DNA from: Octopus sinensis
Lineage: Eukaryota
Reading direction: 5' to 3'
Length of the DNA: 64,000 bases
NCBI RefSeq assembly: GCF_006345805.1
Contig: NC_042999.1
Coordinates: 150,784,001-150,848,000 of the forward strand
Each line of letters starts with the position of its first letter. Within the stretch, counting starts at the first letter, position 1. Positions 50,054 to 61,792 of the stretch are shown here, one piece after another. The position numbers and the translations under genes were made by a program. Under the pieces are notes generated by a model. That model made no database searches, was not told the origin of the DNA, and saw only the letters and a list, made by a program, of their open reading frames with translations.

Positions 50054-52784
50054 GTTATTATCATCATCATCATCATCATTATTTCATTGGAAGATTAATA
50101 ATTCAGATTGCGGGTCAAACTAATTCTCTCTTGACCTTTCTAAATTTTGCTAATCAGAAGATTTTATCATTTGAAGTGGTTCTTACTTTTATATCAAGTA
50201 GTTTGCATTATTTACTAAAAGCTTTTAAGAAGTGTCATTCCAAATATATGCACAATCTACATTTTGCCTCTGTTTTACAATGTTCACATGGTTTTTGGTA
50301 TATTTATAAATGTTATACACATAACAATTGTATTGATATGCAATGTACTGTTTAAAAGAATTTTTGGAAATAAATTTTGTATTTATTCATGTATTTTTAT
50401 CACCACTATGATGACAGTTTTTATTTTCACAAGAGACTGCAGGATAAATTCAAAACAATGTGAATAAATACATTTGACAGAATAATCAGAGTGCTAAAGG
50501 GTTAAAGGAGATTTGGTTGGTATTTTCAGCATATCTCTTGACTATGTAGTGACTCTGTCAACACAAAGTTATCAAAGAGGGTTAATACTGAAAAATACTG
50601 GGCAAAAATTCTGATATTTAATCACAGAATAGCTAAATACCATAGTACCAAAGTAACTAAACAGTTTTAGATCAAATTTCCTTGGGGTCAACTTTACTTT
50701 TTGCTATTTCAGAGGTCATTAAAATAAGTACTAATCAAATTCTGGTGTTGATTCCAATGACTATAAAACCTTTTCTAACAAAATCTAAATCCTTGTCCCA
50801 ATGTAAGGAATCAGTGTTGTTATATAACAATTCTTTCTCCAAAGATTGGGTTCGTATTTTCTTGTACCACACAACTAATAAATAAGCTCATTCACTTTAA
50901 AGTTCTCTAATTTTTTTTCTTTTAATTTTAGCTCAATCAGTACAGCATCAGTTAGAATGCTTCATGCCATTTTTTTGACTCCTTCCACCCTGAGCTCAAG
51001 CTTTGCTTTTCGTCCTTTCAGGGTTTCTAAAAAAGTATCTGGTGTGGCAGATTGGCAAACCTTTAAGAATCCTTTCTTTTATAGGCATACACCCTATAAA
51101 TTTCTGTGGTTAGTTAAGGGATGGGGTTTAGTTGATTATATCAACTCAAGTGCTTGACTGGGCAAAGTCCACCTTGGTGGGATTTGAACTCAAAATGTAA
51201 AGACAGATGAAATGTTGCTGTGCATTTTGTCCAGCACAGTATAAGAATACTGAACTAGATGCCTTGCAGTATTTGTTCTAGCTGTTAGTGTTCTGGGTTC
51301 AAATTCCACCTTGGTGAGCTAATAGACCACTCTTGATTAACCAAAGACCTAGTCTGGCAAGTAAGGTAAATCCTCAAAATAAATGCCTACTCCAGATAGA
51401 CGATATTGGATGGAGTAAAAAAAGGGGTTCTTCCAGCTTACAGAACAGGTACCATTGTAAATAAACCAGAGGAGAAAAGGGCAGCACTCATTGCTCTTTA
51501 AATGTCTGTGAATTGTGAGAAGGAGAGAGAGAGAGAGAGAAAGTTATACTCAGACTTGGGACCAGGTCTGAATGCTTTTCATATAATTGGTCTCTGCTAA
51601 AAGTACCCAAAACCCAGTTGTTGTTGTTGGTTGGTTTTTGGGGTGAAGGTACAGAGGTACCAAAATATCTTGTTATAGAAATTAAATAACAAGATGCAGG
51701 TGTGGCTGTGTAGTTAAGAATTTTGCTTCTCAACTACATGGTTTTGAGTTCATTCCTACTATGTGGCACCTTGGTCAAGGAATCTTTTATTATAGCCCCA
51801 GGCTGATCAAAGCCATAAGAATTGATGTGGAAGATGGAAACTGAAAGAAGCCCTTCATATGTATGTGTGTGTATATGTGTGCACACGTGTGTGTGTGTGT
51901 GTGTGTGTGTGTTTCCTTATCTTGACATGTGCTAGTTGTAAATGAGTGTCACCCTCATGCAAGTATTGTTATTCATTTCCAGTCTGCTGTAAAAACGTGT
52001 GGACATGGGGAAATATTACCTTGCTTGGAAACAAATGGGAGTTGGTGAAAGGAAAGGCATCCAGCCATAAATCCATCTCAACAAATTCTGTCCAACCCAT
52101 TCAAGCAAAGAAAATTATAAGTTAAAATGATGATGTCGATGATGAAGACCAAAGGTTTTGAGGAAGGCTATTATTAATTTATGCAACGCCAATACTTAAC
52201 TAATATTTAATTTATTAACTCCGGTATATAACTGGCACCAAATTTTATCACCCCTTTCTAGCTAGTTGGTACTAGATTTATCTACCTCAGTGTTTGACAG
52301 GTACTTAATTTCTCTTCTCAGAAAGAATGAAATGTGGAGATGATTTTCATCAGTAAATTAAGTACTGTATGACATTGATCTCTTTAACTCAATTCAGATT
52401 TAACCAATTCTTTGCCAAATGTTGATAGTTTCCTTCATTTTAATGTTCTTATTGGTTCTGTTATTATAACCCCAGGAAGTAACGCCACTCTTCCTTATCC
52501 CTAATTTAATTTATTATTTATTTTTTTGTTTTTGATTATTTAGTCAGGAGAGTAAGCAATGCCTATCACTTTTCACAGGGACACTGAGAGTGATGAAGGG
52601 GGAGGGAGGTAGATATCCTCAAACCAGAGACCTGTGGATTCCACTACAGCCCCATTAATTCCTATTTTGCTATAGTGGACCTCCATAACCATTTATTGTA
52701 TATATATATATATATTTTAAAAAATCCTATTATAGTTTATAATTAAATACTATTAGGAATTGTATTAAACAATTGTAAAATATT

Positions 52785-53147
52785 TTGCATGGGTTATTGC
52801 CAGTGCCACCTGACTAGCTCCCATGCCAGTGGCATGTAAAAAGCACCATGCAAACATGGTCGGTGCCCCCACCACCACCACCACAACTGGCTCTTGTGCT
52901 GGTAGCACATAAAATGCACCATCCAAATGTGGCCGATGCCAGTGCCGCCTGACTGGCTTCCATGGTGGTGGCACATAAAAAGTACCCACTATACTTTTGG
53001 AGTGGTTGTTATTAGGAAGGGCATCCAGCTGTAGAAACATTGTCAGATCAGACTGGAGTCTGGGGTGGCCTCCTGGCTTGCCAGTCCCCAGTCAATCTGT
53101 CCAGCCATGCCAGCATGGAAAACGTACATTAAATGATGTTGATGATG
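52785..53147 (+). mobile_element. RTE LINE 3' end, decayed
   Basis: Consensus 3' UTR. Confidence 0.75.
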
Positions 53148-53569
53148 TATAAGTGTAAGTAATTTATCACATAAATTTTAACATGAAAATCTTATATGGA
53201 CCCCCAAGGGCCATCTAGACCTGGTTGAGAACCCCTGCACTAAAGGCATCCAAGATATCAGGTGATAGTGTATGCTTGATCAGATTAAGTCTATTATTCA
53301 AAGTAGACTTCTGTGAGATTTAGACTCAAAATGCAAAGAGCTGGAAAAATTACTGTAAGACCTCCGATGCAATGTTCTTGCAGTTCCACCATTTCACCAC
53401 TCTAGATTGGTAGGTTTTTTTTTCCAACCCCCAAAGCATAAAAGAAAATATTGACCTTGGTGGGATTTGAACTCAGAGTGTACAGAGCTCCATCAGGAGT
53501 TTTATCCAGGGCTCCAACATCCCAGTAGATAAAATGGAAAAGGAGGCGAATGAGGGAGATGTACTGGAA

Positions 53570-53790
53570 CAGCCACTTTGACAAGCAGGGATGTGGTCCA
53601 GTGGTTGAGAACACTAGAGGTCTCCATTGTCACAGGCTCATCCATAAACCTATCAGAGAGTGACCAATACTTTGACACTTTGCCCTTCTTGGCCTGATGA
53701 GCAGCGGAGCCTGGGTTGGTAGCTGAACACACCAAGTTGCTGCTGGGAAATGTGTCACAGAACAAGAAAACTGCCAAGACTATGATGTGG
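53570..53790 (-). pseudogene. Restriction-like endonuclease (RLE) region of a CRE-type non-LTR retrotransposon, decayed
   Basis: CDTFPSSNLVCSATNPGSAAHQAKKGKVSKYWSLSDRFMDEPVTMETSSVL resembles the CRE C-terminal pattern CDT..S...SA...GxAA..A...K..KY..L......PVxxET.GV. Confidence 0.6.
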
Positions 53791-53859
53791 TCTGACAAGC
53801 CTTTTAGAAGGGGAAAGATATGATCATTTAGGCAGGGCCTTTTACATTTCATTGAGCTT

Positions 53860-54088
53860 TCATCATCATCATCGTTTAACGTCCGTTTTCCATGCTAGCA
53901 TGGGTTGGACGGTTCGACCGGGGTCTGGGAAGCCAGAAAGCTGCACCAGGCTCCAGTCTGATCTGGCAGTGTTTCTACAGCTGGATGCCCTTCCTAACGC
54001 CAACCACTCCGTGAGTGTAGTGGGTGCTTTTTATGTGCCAGGCGAGGCTGGCAATGGCCACGATCGGTTGGTGCTTTTTACGTGCCAC
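53860..54088 (-). mobile_element. RTE LINE 3' end
   Basis: Near-consensus 3' UTR. Confidence 0.85.
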
Positions 54089-55608
54089 TTCAGTTCTTCT
54101 ACATAGTCTTACAATTATCATCATAAAGAGTGAAAGTCACACACACACACACACTATTGAAGTATCCCAGCCTACTTTTCTCACCAAAGTGGTCAATAGA
54201 CCTAGCTTTGAATGATCTGAAATAAAGTAGTGGGTGGGGAACAGAAAAAAAAAAGCAAAAATAATCCCTACCTTGGCAGGATTTGAATGTAGTATGTTAA
54301 ATGGTTGTAATTAAATATCATAAAGTATTTTATCCCACATACTCTGATTCTGCCATCTGCCACTATTTTGCTGTATTGTGTATTAATGTTGAGCTGACCT
54401 TATACAAATATACTAACAAGTTTTGCTCTATTGTTTATTAAATGTTGGTCTGACCTTATTCAAATACATGAACAAGCTAGATTTTCTCTTGGTCAGTAAC
54501 TACATCTGGCTTTGCAACATAACTATCAAATTCCACCTTAATTAAATGATTTCTGGCATTAAATAGGCCTTAATTGCTTACTTCCTGAACTGGGTGAAGT
54601 ATTAGCGGTAGACGCGGTAATGAAGAAATGTAGACCAGCTGACCAACTTCACTCGACTGTTTGGCAGCTTCTAGATATATTAATCTGGCATGAAATCTAA
54701 ATCTCCATGATTAGTCAACATTAGTTAGTGTTGTAATTTGTTTTCTGTAAGTGCCAACATACTTAATTAATTAATTGATTAAAGATGTGAAGGTTATGCT
54801 TGACGGTTCAATCCTAAATAGACTCTATTTATATAACGTGCTAATTTAACTGATTCCACATAGAAAGGTACCCAAGTGATTTCGAAATAAATTTAGTAGA
54901 AAAAATATCAGCTATATTTTTCATCATTCATTCTTAGTAAGACATTAAACTGCACTGGCTGTGAGGCTCCAGCTTAGAAGTTCAGCAGTTTGGGTGAGTG
55001 TGGAGTTATTCCTGATTCATCACTACTCTCAGCTTCACTCTAGACCAGTTGTTCTCAACTATTTTTTACCTATGGATCCCTTTGATTCCTGTTCTATTCT
55101 GGTGAACACCCATAGCCATTTCATTTTTAAAAACTAGTTTTATTGATACGCCTTTCAAAATTCTTTTTTTGTTTATCACACATTCACTTGTTTAAGGCTA
55201 AAAAACTAAGTAAAACATCTGACAAAGAAACCTTTTCTTGCAATAAATACATCTAAAGCAAAGCTTTTTCATGGACCTATAAAAATCTATTATGGATCTA
55301 ATTTACTATTTTGCTTGTTTAGACTCCCTAAAATCTTATATGGACCCCAAGGGTCATATGGAACCACAGTGATGGCTATGATGCTCCCCCACTACTTCTG
55401 CTTGTGATCAGAGATGCACATATCGTCAGCCACTAAGGGATATGCTCAACTGGTTAAGGTCAAACAACTGACAAGCAAATCTGTGGCATTGAACGGAATA
55501 TTTGCTGTAGCCTATCTTTTATACCAAGACAAAACAATGTACATGATTACACTTCCAATTAGTTAAGATAGAAGCCATGAGAGCCACTGCCTGGTACTGC
55601 ATCAGGGC

Positions 55609-55642
<34 letters not shown>

Positions 55643-55649
55643 GTTGTTA

Positions 55650-55691
<42 letters not shown>

Positions 55692-56397
55692 CCAGTTTAA
55701 GAAGCTAGGGTGTGATTTGTGGGACATTTTACTGTTGTTTCTAGCAATTCAAGCAATGCAGCAAAGATATTTCTTTGTTGGCTTGTAGTAAACTTAGTTG
55801 TTATTGTTGTTATTAGGCCTCTAATTAAAATGTTGATCAAATAGACCTTTGATGAAAAATATTCCATTCTTGAGCATCCCTTATTTTTGTATGTTAGGAA
55901 CTACATTGCTGAAAATACCCTAATGAGTAAAATGCCATGGCGTAATTTGAGAAAGATTTGGTTGCTATTTTGAGCATGTTGAGCAAGCAGTAGAAAATCC
56001 CTTGAGCAGCCAAACATTCATTGAAGTCACTTTATTTGTTATGCAGTGACACAATAAAGCACAATTCTTTCTCTCACTCACTTTGTTTCAGGTCTTCTGA
56101 GAGGTGGTTGGTTTGAGAAGCAGCCTGATGTATGGGTTGCTTAGGGATAATGTAATAATTGGTGTGAGGGTGTGTTTATGGTTACGTGTGTATGCAGACA
56201 ATAGGGGAGAGCTAGATATGCTCAGTATAGAAAACAGGTGGCAGTGCTGAAATGAATTTGAACTTAAACACCAAATTCTTCATCCAGGGCTAGGCCCTTA
56301 GCATTAAGAGCGGCTGAAAGAAAAATACAAGACAAACTGATATGGAAGTAGTGATGCAGATAAATACAATTAGACTTCACTCACACACATACACACA

Positions 56398-56690
56398 CCA
56401 TGTGCCGGTGGCACATAAAATGCACCATCCGAACGTGGCCGATGCCAGCGCTGCCTTGACTGGCTTCCGTGCCGGTGGCACATAAAACCGATCATGGCCA
56501 TTGCCAGCCTCGCCTGGCACCTGTGCCGGTGGTATATAAAAAGCACCCACTACACGGAGTGGTTGGCGTTAGGAAGGGCATCCAGCTGTAGAAACACTGC
56601 AGACCAGACTGCAGCCTTCTAGCTTCCCAGACCCTGGTCAAACCGTCCATCCCATGCTGGCATGGAAAACAGACGTTAAACGATCATGAT
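56398..56690 (+). mobile_element. RTE LINE 3' end
   Basis: Consensus 3' UTR subrepeats. Confidence 0.8.
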
Positions 56691-57724
56691 GTTCAGAAAG
56701 ATAATACATATACTTAATAGATATACTTAATACACAGAGCATAAAAAATACTAAGAAGAAAATACATAATTTTAAAACTCGACAGCCGTTTCAGGAAGCT
56801 CAGAGTTATGTAATAGTTGTAATATTCATAATTTGCAGGTGGTATATGAAAGAAGAATTGGGTATGCAACCAGTTAACAGTCACATAGAGATATTACAGT
56901 AAGTAAGATATGTATCTTATATTGTAGCCTCACTATAATAAAGATTAGTTTTTAAATGTATGTTCTCTCCACTCCCCCCATAGTTATTAAATACTACCCC
57001 TACCTCTCTCGACCTCTCTCCACTCTTCATTCTTTGCATCATGGTGTTTCTGATTGATATTAGGAATTTGCCATTACCTGAAAACAAAGTCACTGCCTAC
57101 CATCAACACCACCACCACCACCACCACCACCACCATCACTACCACCAGAACCACCAGAATGAAAAACACCACCAACACATCAATACCAGCTTCTGGTTTT
57201 TATTATATAGGTCATGCTGATCTTAACACAGAGCTTATTCCGTATTTTTTTATGTTCTGCCAAGCCCCCAACAATACCCACCACTCCATTCCTGATGTAA
57301 CATGTTGCATTTAACCAAAAGATAAATATCTGTAACCCGATATTTTTTCACAGACCTCTGTTCAAAGTTGTGGCTTGTGAAATACATATTTCCGTTCATG
57401 TTTCTGCAGCTAGTCTCTGGAAATATTGTCTGACAAGACAGAATGCAAGTTTTACTTGTAACCATTATAACTTTCTAAAGACTATAATGAGTCTGTGATA
57501 TTCTGTTTTTTTCTGTCTATTTTGTTTTCTTTCTGAAGCTTTTATCTATAATTGTTTTAAATGGTTTCTTCATAGTAACTTCCTTACTGGCAAGACTTTG
57601 GTTGCCATTCATTGAAACTAATGCAGTCTGTTGTACACTAAACAAACCTATTTAAGTTTAGGTCCTAACCTCTCATGTTAGGAAAATTTTTTTTGTCTTT
57701 TTCATGTAAACAGTTTGACAATCT

Positions 57725-58495
57725 TTGTATGTGTGTGTGTGTTTGAGTTTGTACCAGCATGTGTGTGTGTGTGTGTGTGTGTGTTTGAGTTTGTACCAGC
57801 ATGTGTGTGTGTGTGTGTGTGTGTGTTTGTACTAGCTTGTGTGTGTGTGAGTTTGACTGTGTGCCAGTGTGTATATATGTATGCAAGAGAGTATCTGCCT
57901 CTGTGTGCTGGCATGTGTGTATGTGTGTGTGAGTTTGACTTTGTGCCTGTGTGTGTGTGTTTGAGTTTGTACCAGCATGTGTGTGTGTGGTTTGTACTAG
58001 CATGTGTGTGTGTGTGTGTGTGTGAGTCTGACTGTGTGCCAGTGCGTGTATATATGTATGTGAGAGAGTATCTGCCTCTCTGTGCTTGACTATGTGTGTG
58101 TATGTGTATGTACTAGTGTGTGTGAGTTTGACTTTGTGCCATGTGTGTATATGTGTGTGAATATATGCCTCTGTGTGTTTGTGTGTGTGCATGTTTGTTT
58201 GTGCATTTATGCATGTGATTTTGATAGTGGCATCCAATGTAAGAAAATTTGAAATGTGTCCAGGGAAAATATACTTAAGTGTGTGTTTGTACCAGTGTAT
58301 GTGTCTGTGTGTTTGAGTGTGTGCCAGTGTGTGTGAGTCTGACTCTGCCTGTGTGTGTGAGTATCTGCCTCTGTGTGCATGTGTGTGTGTTTGAATCTGA
58401 CTATGTGCCAGTGTGTGTATATGTGTGTGTGAGAGTGTCTGCCTCTCTGTGTGTGCACATGTGTATGTGTGAGCCCGTGTGTGTGCGTGTGTGAG
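57725..58495. repeat. Degenerate GT-rich compound minisatellite
   Basis: Recurring TTTGAGTTTGTACCAGCAT(GT)n and GAGAGTATCTGCCTCTGTGTG modules. Confidence 0.85.
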
Positions 58496-58998
58496 AGAGA
58501 GATAAAGAAAGAGAGAGAGAGTTACAAATATAAAGTGATACGTAATTATTGGAGCAAACTTGCTGCAAATGCTAAAACCTCATAATAATATCTCATTATC
58601 TCTTATGGTGACCTCACACACACATATATATGTAACATTGGCAAACCTCTTCTCTGACCCATTGTTGGTACTCAACACACACACACACACACACACACAT
58701 TTCAGGCTAGGTTATTTGTTTACAACTTAAGTACATGCTTGTTCAGGATGGTTGGGACCTCTTGCTTATCTTGCATGCAACTATATATATCACTTACACA
58801 TACACACATATATGGGCCTTTGGTGACAGAAACCTATGAGAGAGACATTGAAGTACGATGCCCTCATCCAGCATCTGCTTTGCCAAATCCTTTTAAACCA
58901 TCCAGCACATGTCAGGATGAAACATATGTTAAATGATAATGATGTTGCTATATGTTTGTATGTATGTATGTATGTGTATGTGTGTATGTGTGCGTGTT

Positions 58999-59037
<39 letters not shown>

Positions 59038-59315
59038 TATGGGTTAGAGACAGGTACTCCATCCTGTCAACACCTCAAATGTAAAATTCTCCAATGTAAA
59101 GTTATCCCCTGAAGATGGATCCAAGTAACTATCATTATTCTGGATCACCAAACCCCCAGAAAAAGCAGTTGAACTCCTAAAACTCTACCCATTTGACTCG
59201 TGATATCATTTATATTCTGCAAGTTAGACTATTTTATATCCATACACCTGTACATTTTTTTCTATTAAATGTATTTAATATTCTGTGTAAATTGACTTGT
59301 TTGTCATTACATTTA

Positions 59316-59337
<22 letters not shown>

Positions 59338-59369
<32 letters not shown>

Positions 59370-60108
59370 ATTTAATGTCCCTTTTTCTGGTTCTGGGTTC
59401 AGTTCTACTGTGTGGTATTTGAGCAAATGTCTTCTACTATAGCCTTCAGCTGACCAAAGTCTTGTGAGTGAACTTGGTTGACAGAAACTTGAAAAAGCCC
59501 ATCGTATGTATGTATGTGTGTGTGTGTTTGTTTGTTTGTCCCCTACCACTGCTTGACAACCAATGTTGGTGTGTTTATGTCCCCTTACCTTAGCAGTTTG
59601 GTAAAAGAGACTGATAGAATAAGTACTAGGCATTAAACAAGAAAAGCAGTACCGGAGTCCTTTCATTTGACTGAAAATTCTTTAAGGCAGAGCCCCAGTA
59701 TAGCTACAGTCTACTGACTGAAAAATGTAAAAGGACAAAAAAAAAACCCACCAAAAAATCATAGAGAGAGTGAGATCTGATGGAAATCAGCTCAAAGATT
59801 AGCATGACTGTTGCTTATTAATGATCTGTGTAACAGATTTCTAGCCTAAATTTGAACTATGAACTCTTGCTTCACTTAACATTAAATCTCATCAACATGT
59901 CTTTTTAATATTTATGTTTTCTTTAGCATAGAAACAAGGAAAGTTGTTTTGTTTTGTACGTCATACATACATACGATGGGCTTTTTCAAGTTTCTGTCAA
60001 CCAAGTTCACTCACAAGACTTTGGTCAGCTGAAGGCTATAGTAGAAGACATTTGCTCAAATACCACACAGTAGAACTGAACCCAGAACCAGAAAAAGGGA
60101 CATTAAAT

Positions 60109-60140
<32 letters not shown>
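59338..60140. repeat. Perfect 179-bp inverted duplication (59338-59516 / 59962-60140), 445-bp spacer, abutting the PLE 3' end
   Basis: Arms are exact reverse complements, including private mutations of a decayed SINE A copy and part of the (TA)n. Confidence 0.9.
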
Positions 60141-60142
<2 letters not shown>

Positions 60143-60352
60143 GTGAAATAGAAAGATGAATAATCTTGTTGTAGATTAATCAAAAGTTAACCGATACCTT
60201 AGTAGCAAAAATCACAGCAGTAAACAGCACGGTTGGAGGTACAACCATCTGGCGTTGCAACCGTGCGTTGGTGCGGATAATTGAAATTAAAACATTATTG
60301 GTGAATTGAAGAAATGGAGCTGAACGCAGATTGAACAGAAATCGTTTTATTT
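60141..60352 (-). repeat. 3' pseudo-LTR direct-repeat segment
   Basis: Identical to 63769-63980 by eye (offset 3628). Confidence 0.95.
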
Positions 60353-60439
60353 CATTCTACACGTGTTTCGAAAGGCACAAATTACCAAAATCCGATTGAA
60401 TAATGGGACCATATTGTGTCTTTCTCTTCAGGAAGAAAA
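60350..60439 (-). ncRNA. Type I hammerhead ribozyme with minimal stem III
   Basis: Minus strand: stem I (60439-60432 with 60357-60350, one mismatch); CUGAAGA 60431-60425; stem II GAAAG-A-CACAA / UUGUG-C-CUUUC; GAAAC 60369-60365; loop ACGU; GUA triplet 60360-60358, predicted cleavage between 60358 and 60357. Confidence 0.85.
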
Positions 60440-61033
60440 AAGGAAATCCGTTAGAGAAACAAAAACAGAACAGAGGCGGAGCAAAAACCAAATCGAACTA
60501 TGCTCCTAAGAACCCATGGCGAAACTGTTTATCAGTGTATGCTGAGAACCGGTGGCTGAAGAATTCTACAGGTCAGGCATCGGTCAATCATGTGGGTGAG
60601 GGTGTATAGATGTTCTTAGTGACCGAGAATAAAGTTCTGACTATTTAAGGAATATTGGATGTTTTATAAGGGGCGAGAAAAAATCTACTTAGAGACGTGT
60701 GTGTGTGTATACTGTTCTATATATGTGTGTGTTGGCGTAGGGGTAGAAAACACTTTTTGTGTACGTGTGTGCGTTTGATCGTTCGGCTGTCAGTGGCTAC
60801 TGCCGTGATAACCGTTGGGTGGCAGAAAGAAAAAAAATATATATATATTATGTTTTATGTGTGTGTGTGTTCATCTGAGCCTGCCTTGTCAAGGAAACCC
60901 CCCGCTGTGAAAAAACCAAGCCCCGTTTGTCTTACAGGAGTAATTCCCCTTGCAGTGGATAATCGTAGATATCTTAAAGGCTATTTCAGAATTTGTTACC
61001 AAGGGCTATGGGTGCCGGTATTATTTATAAACG

Positions 61034-61792
61034 CTATTTAAAAGCCAGATAAGTGTAACGCCGCCAATGGGGGCATCGAAAAGCCGACTGTAAGAGCCCG
61101 TTTACCATCCGGCCTCTGGCAAACAAAATATGGAAGAGTTCGGAGACACAAAGGTTACACTGTCTTCTGCCCCTATCAAATGGGAGGGCCACCGACAAAA
61201 TTGACCATTCCAGCCTGTAGCTTAAGTTCGTATCCTTCAGTCGCCATATTAGCTTACTGAGTCCCGTGGTCTGGCGCTTGTTCACGTCCCGAAAAGTTGC
61301 GTAATGATTGGAGACACGCAAAGACAATCTTGAGGATGATGCCCCTACATAAGTGAAGACATCTGAGTCCGTGTAAACCTTGCATTGGTAGACGGCGTTT
61401 TTGATCTTGGAGTTCGCCGACGTAAATCTTAATCTGCTAGGATTAGTTTCTGAAATTAGAACTGCGTTCCTGTCACTATATTCGTTCCGAGACCTGCAGC
61501 CGCTTACTACTCTATTTTCCACTACGTCACTATTAACTATAGGAATAACCCCTGATTCTCCACTATCTATCAGAGTACTGTCATTGCTAGTGCCCGTGGT
61601 GCTGCTATTGCGGGAAATGATGCTGGGGTTGCTATTGGGGCTCTCTACCCTACTCCCATTGTTACCGTCAACCACAACACCCCTATTTATAACTATACCC
61701 CTAGTGGGTACTCCCTGGCTGGAGCTGAGATTATGTGTCACTGTACTGGCTCTCATATCATTATTACTACTATAATTATTCCTACTGAGCAT
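61034..61792 (-). CDS. GIY-YIG endonuclease ORF (252 aa; Ser/Asn/Val-rich N-terminal region of about 130 aa)
   Basis: AVYQCKV...TYVG...R..NH, LSKLIWRLK, WSI, CNLCVSE, VN, CPH motifs typical of PLE GIY-YIG domains. Confidence 0.88.
   Translation of the reverse strand: MLSRNNYSSNNDMRASTVTHNLSSSQGVPTRGIVINRGVVVDGNNGSRVESPNSNPSIISRNSSTTGTSNDSTLIDSGESGVIPIVNSDVVENRVVSGCRSRNEYSDRNAVLISETNPSRLRFTSANSKIKNAVYQCKVYTDSDVFTYVGASSSRLSLRVSNHYATFRDVNKRQTTGLSKLIWRLKDTNLSYRLEWSILSVALPFDRGRRQCNLCVSELFHILFARGRMVNGLLQSAFRCPHWRRYTYLAFK

Noticed and set aside
53694-53735. CTGATGA followed by a possible stem (hammerhead-like)
   Set aside because: No GAAA after the stem; lies antisense within the CRE relic.
54560-54705. 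Short open frame PELGEVLAVDAVMKKCRP...
   Set aside because: Short, no convincing splice signals and no recognised homology.
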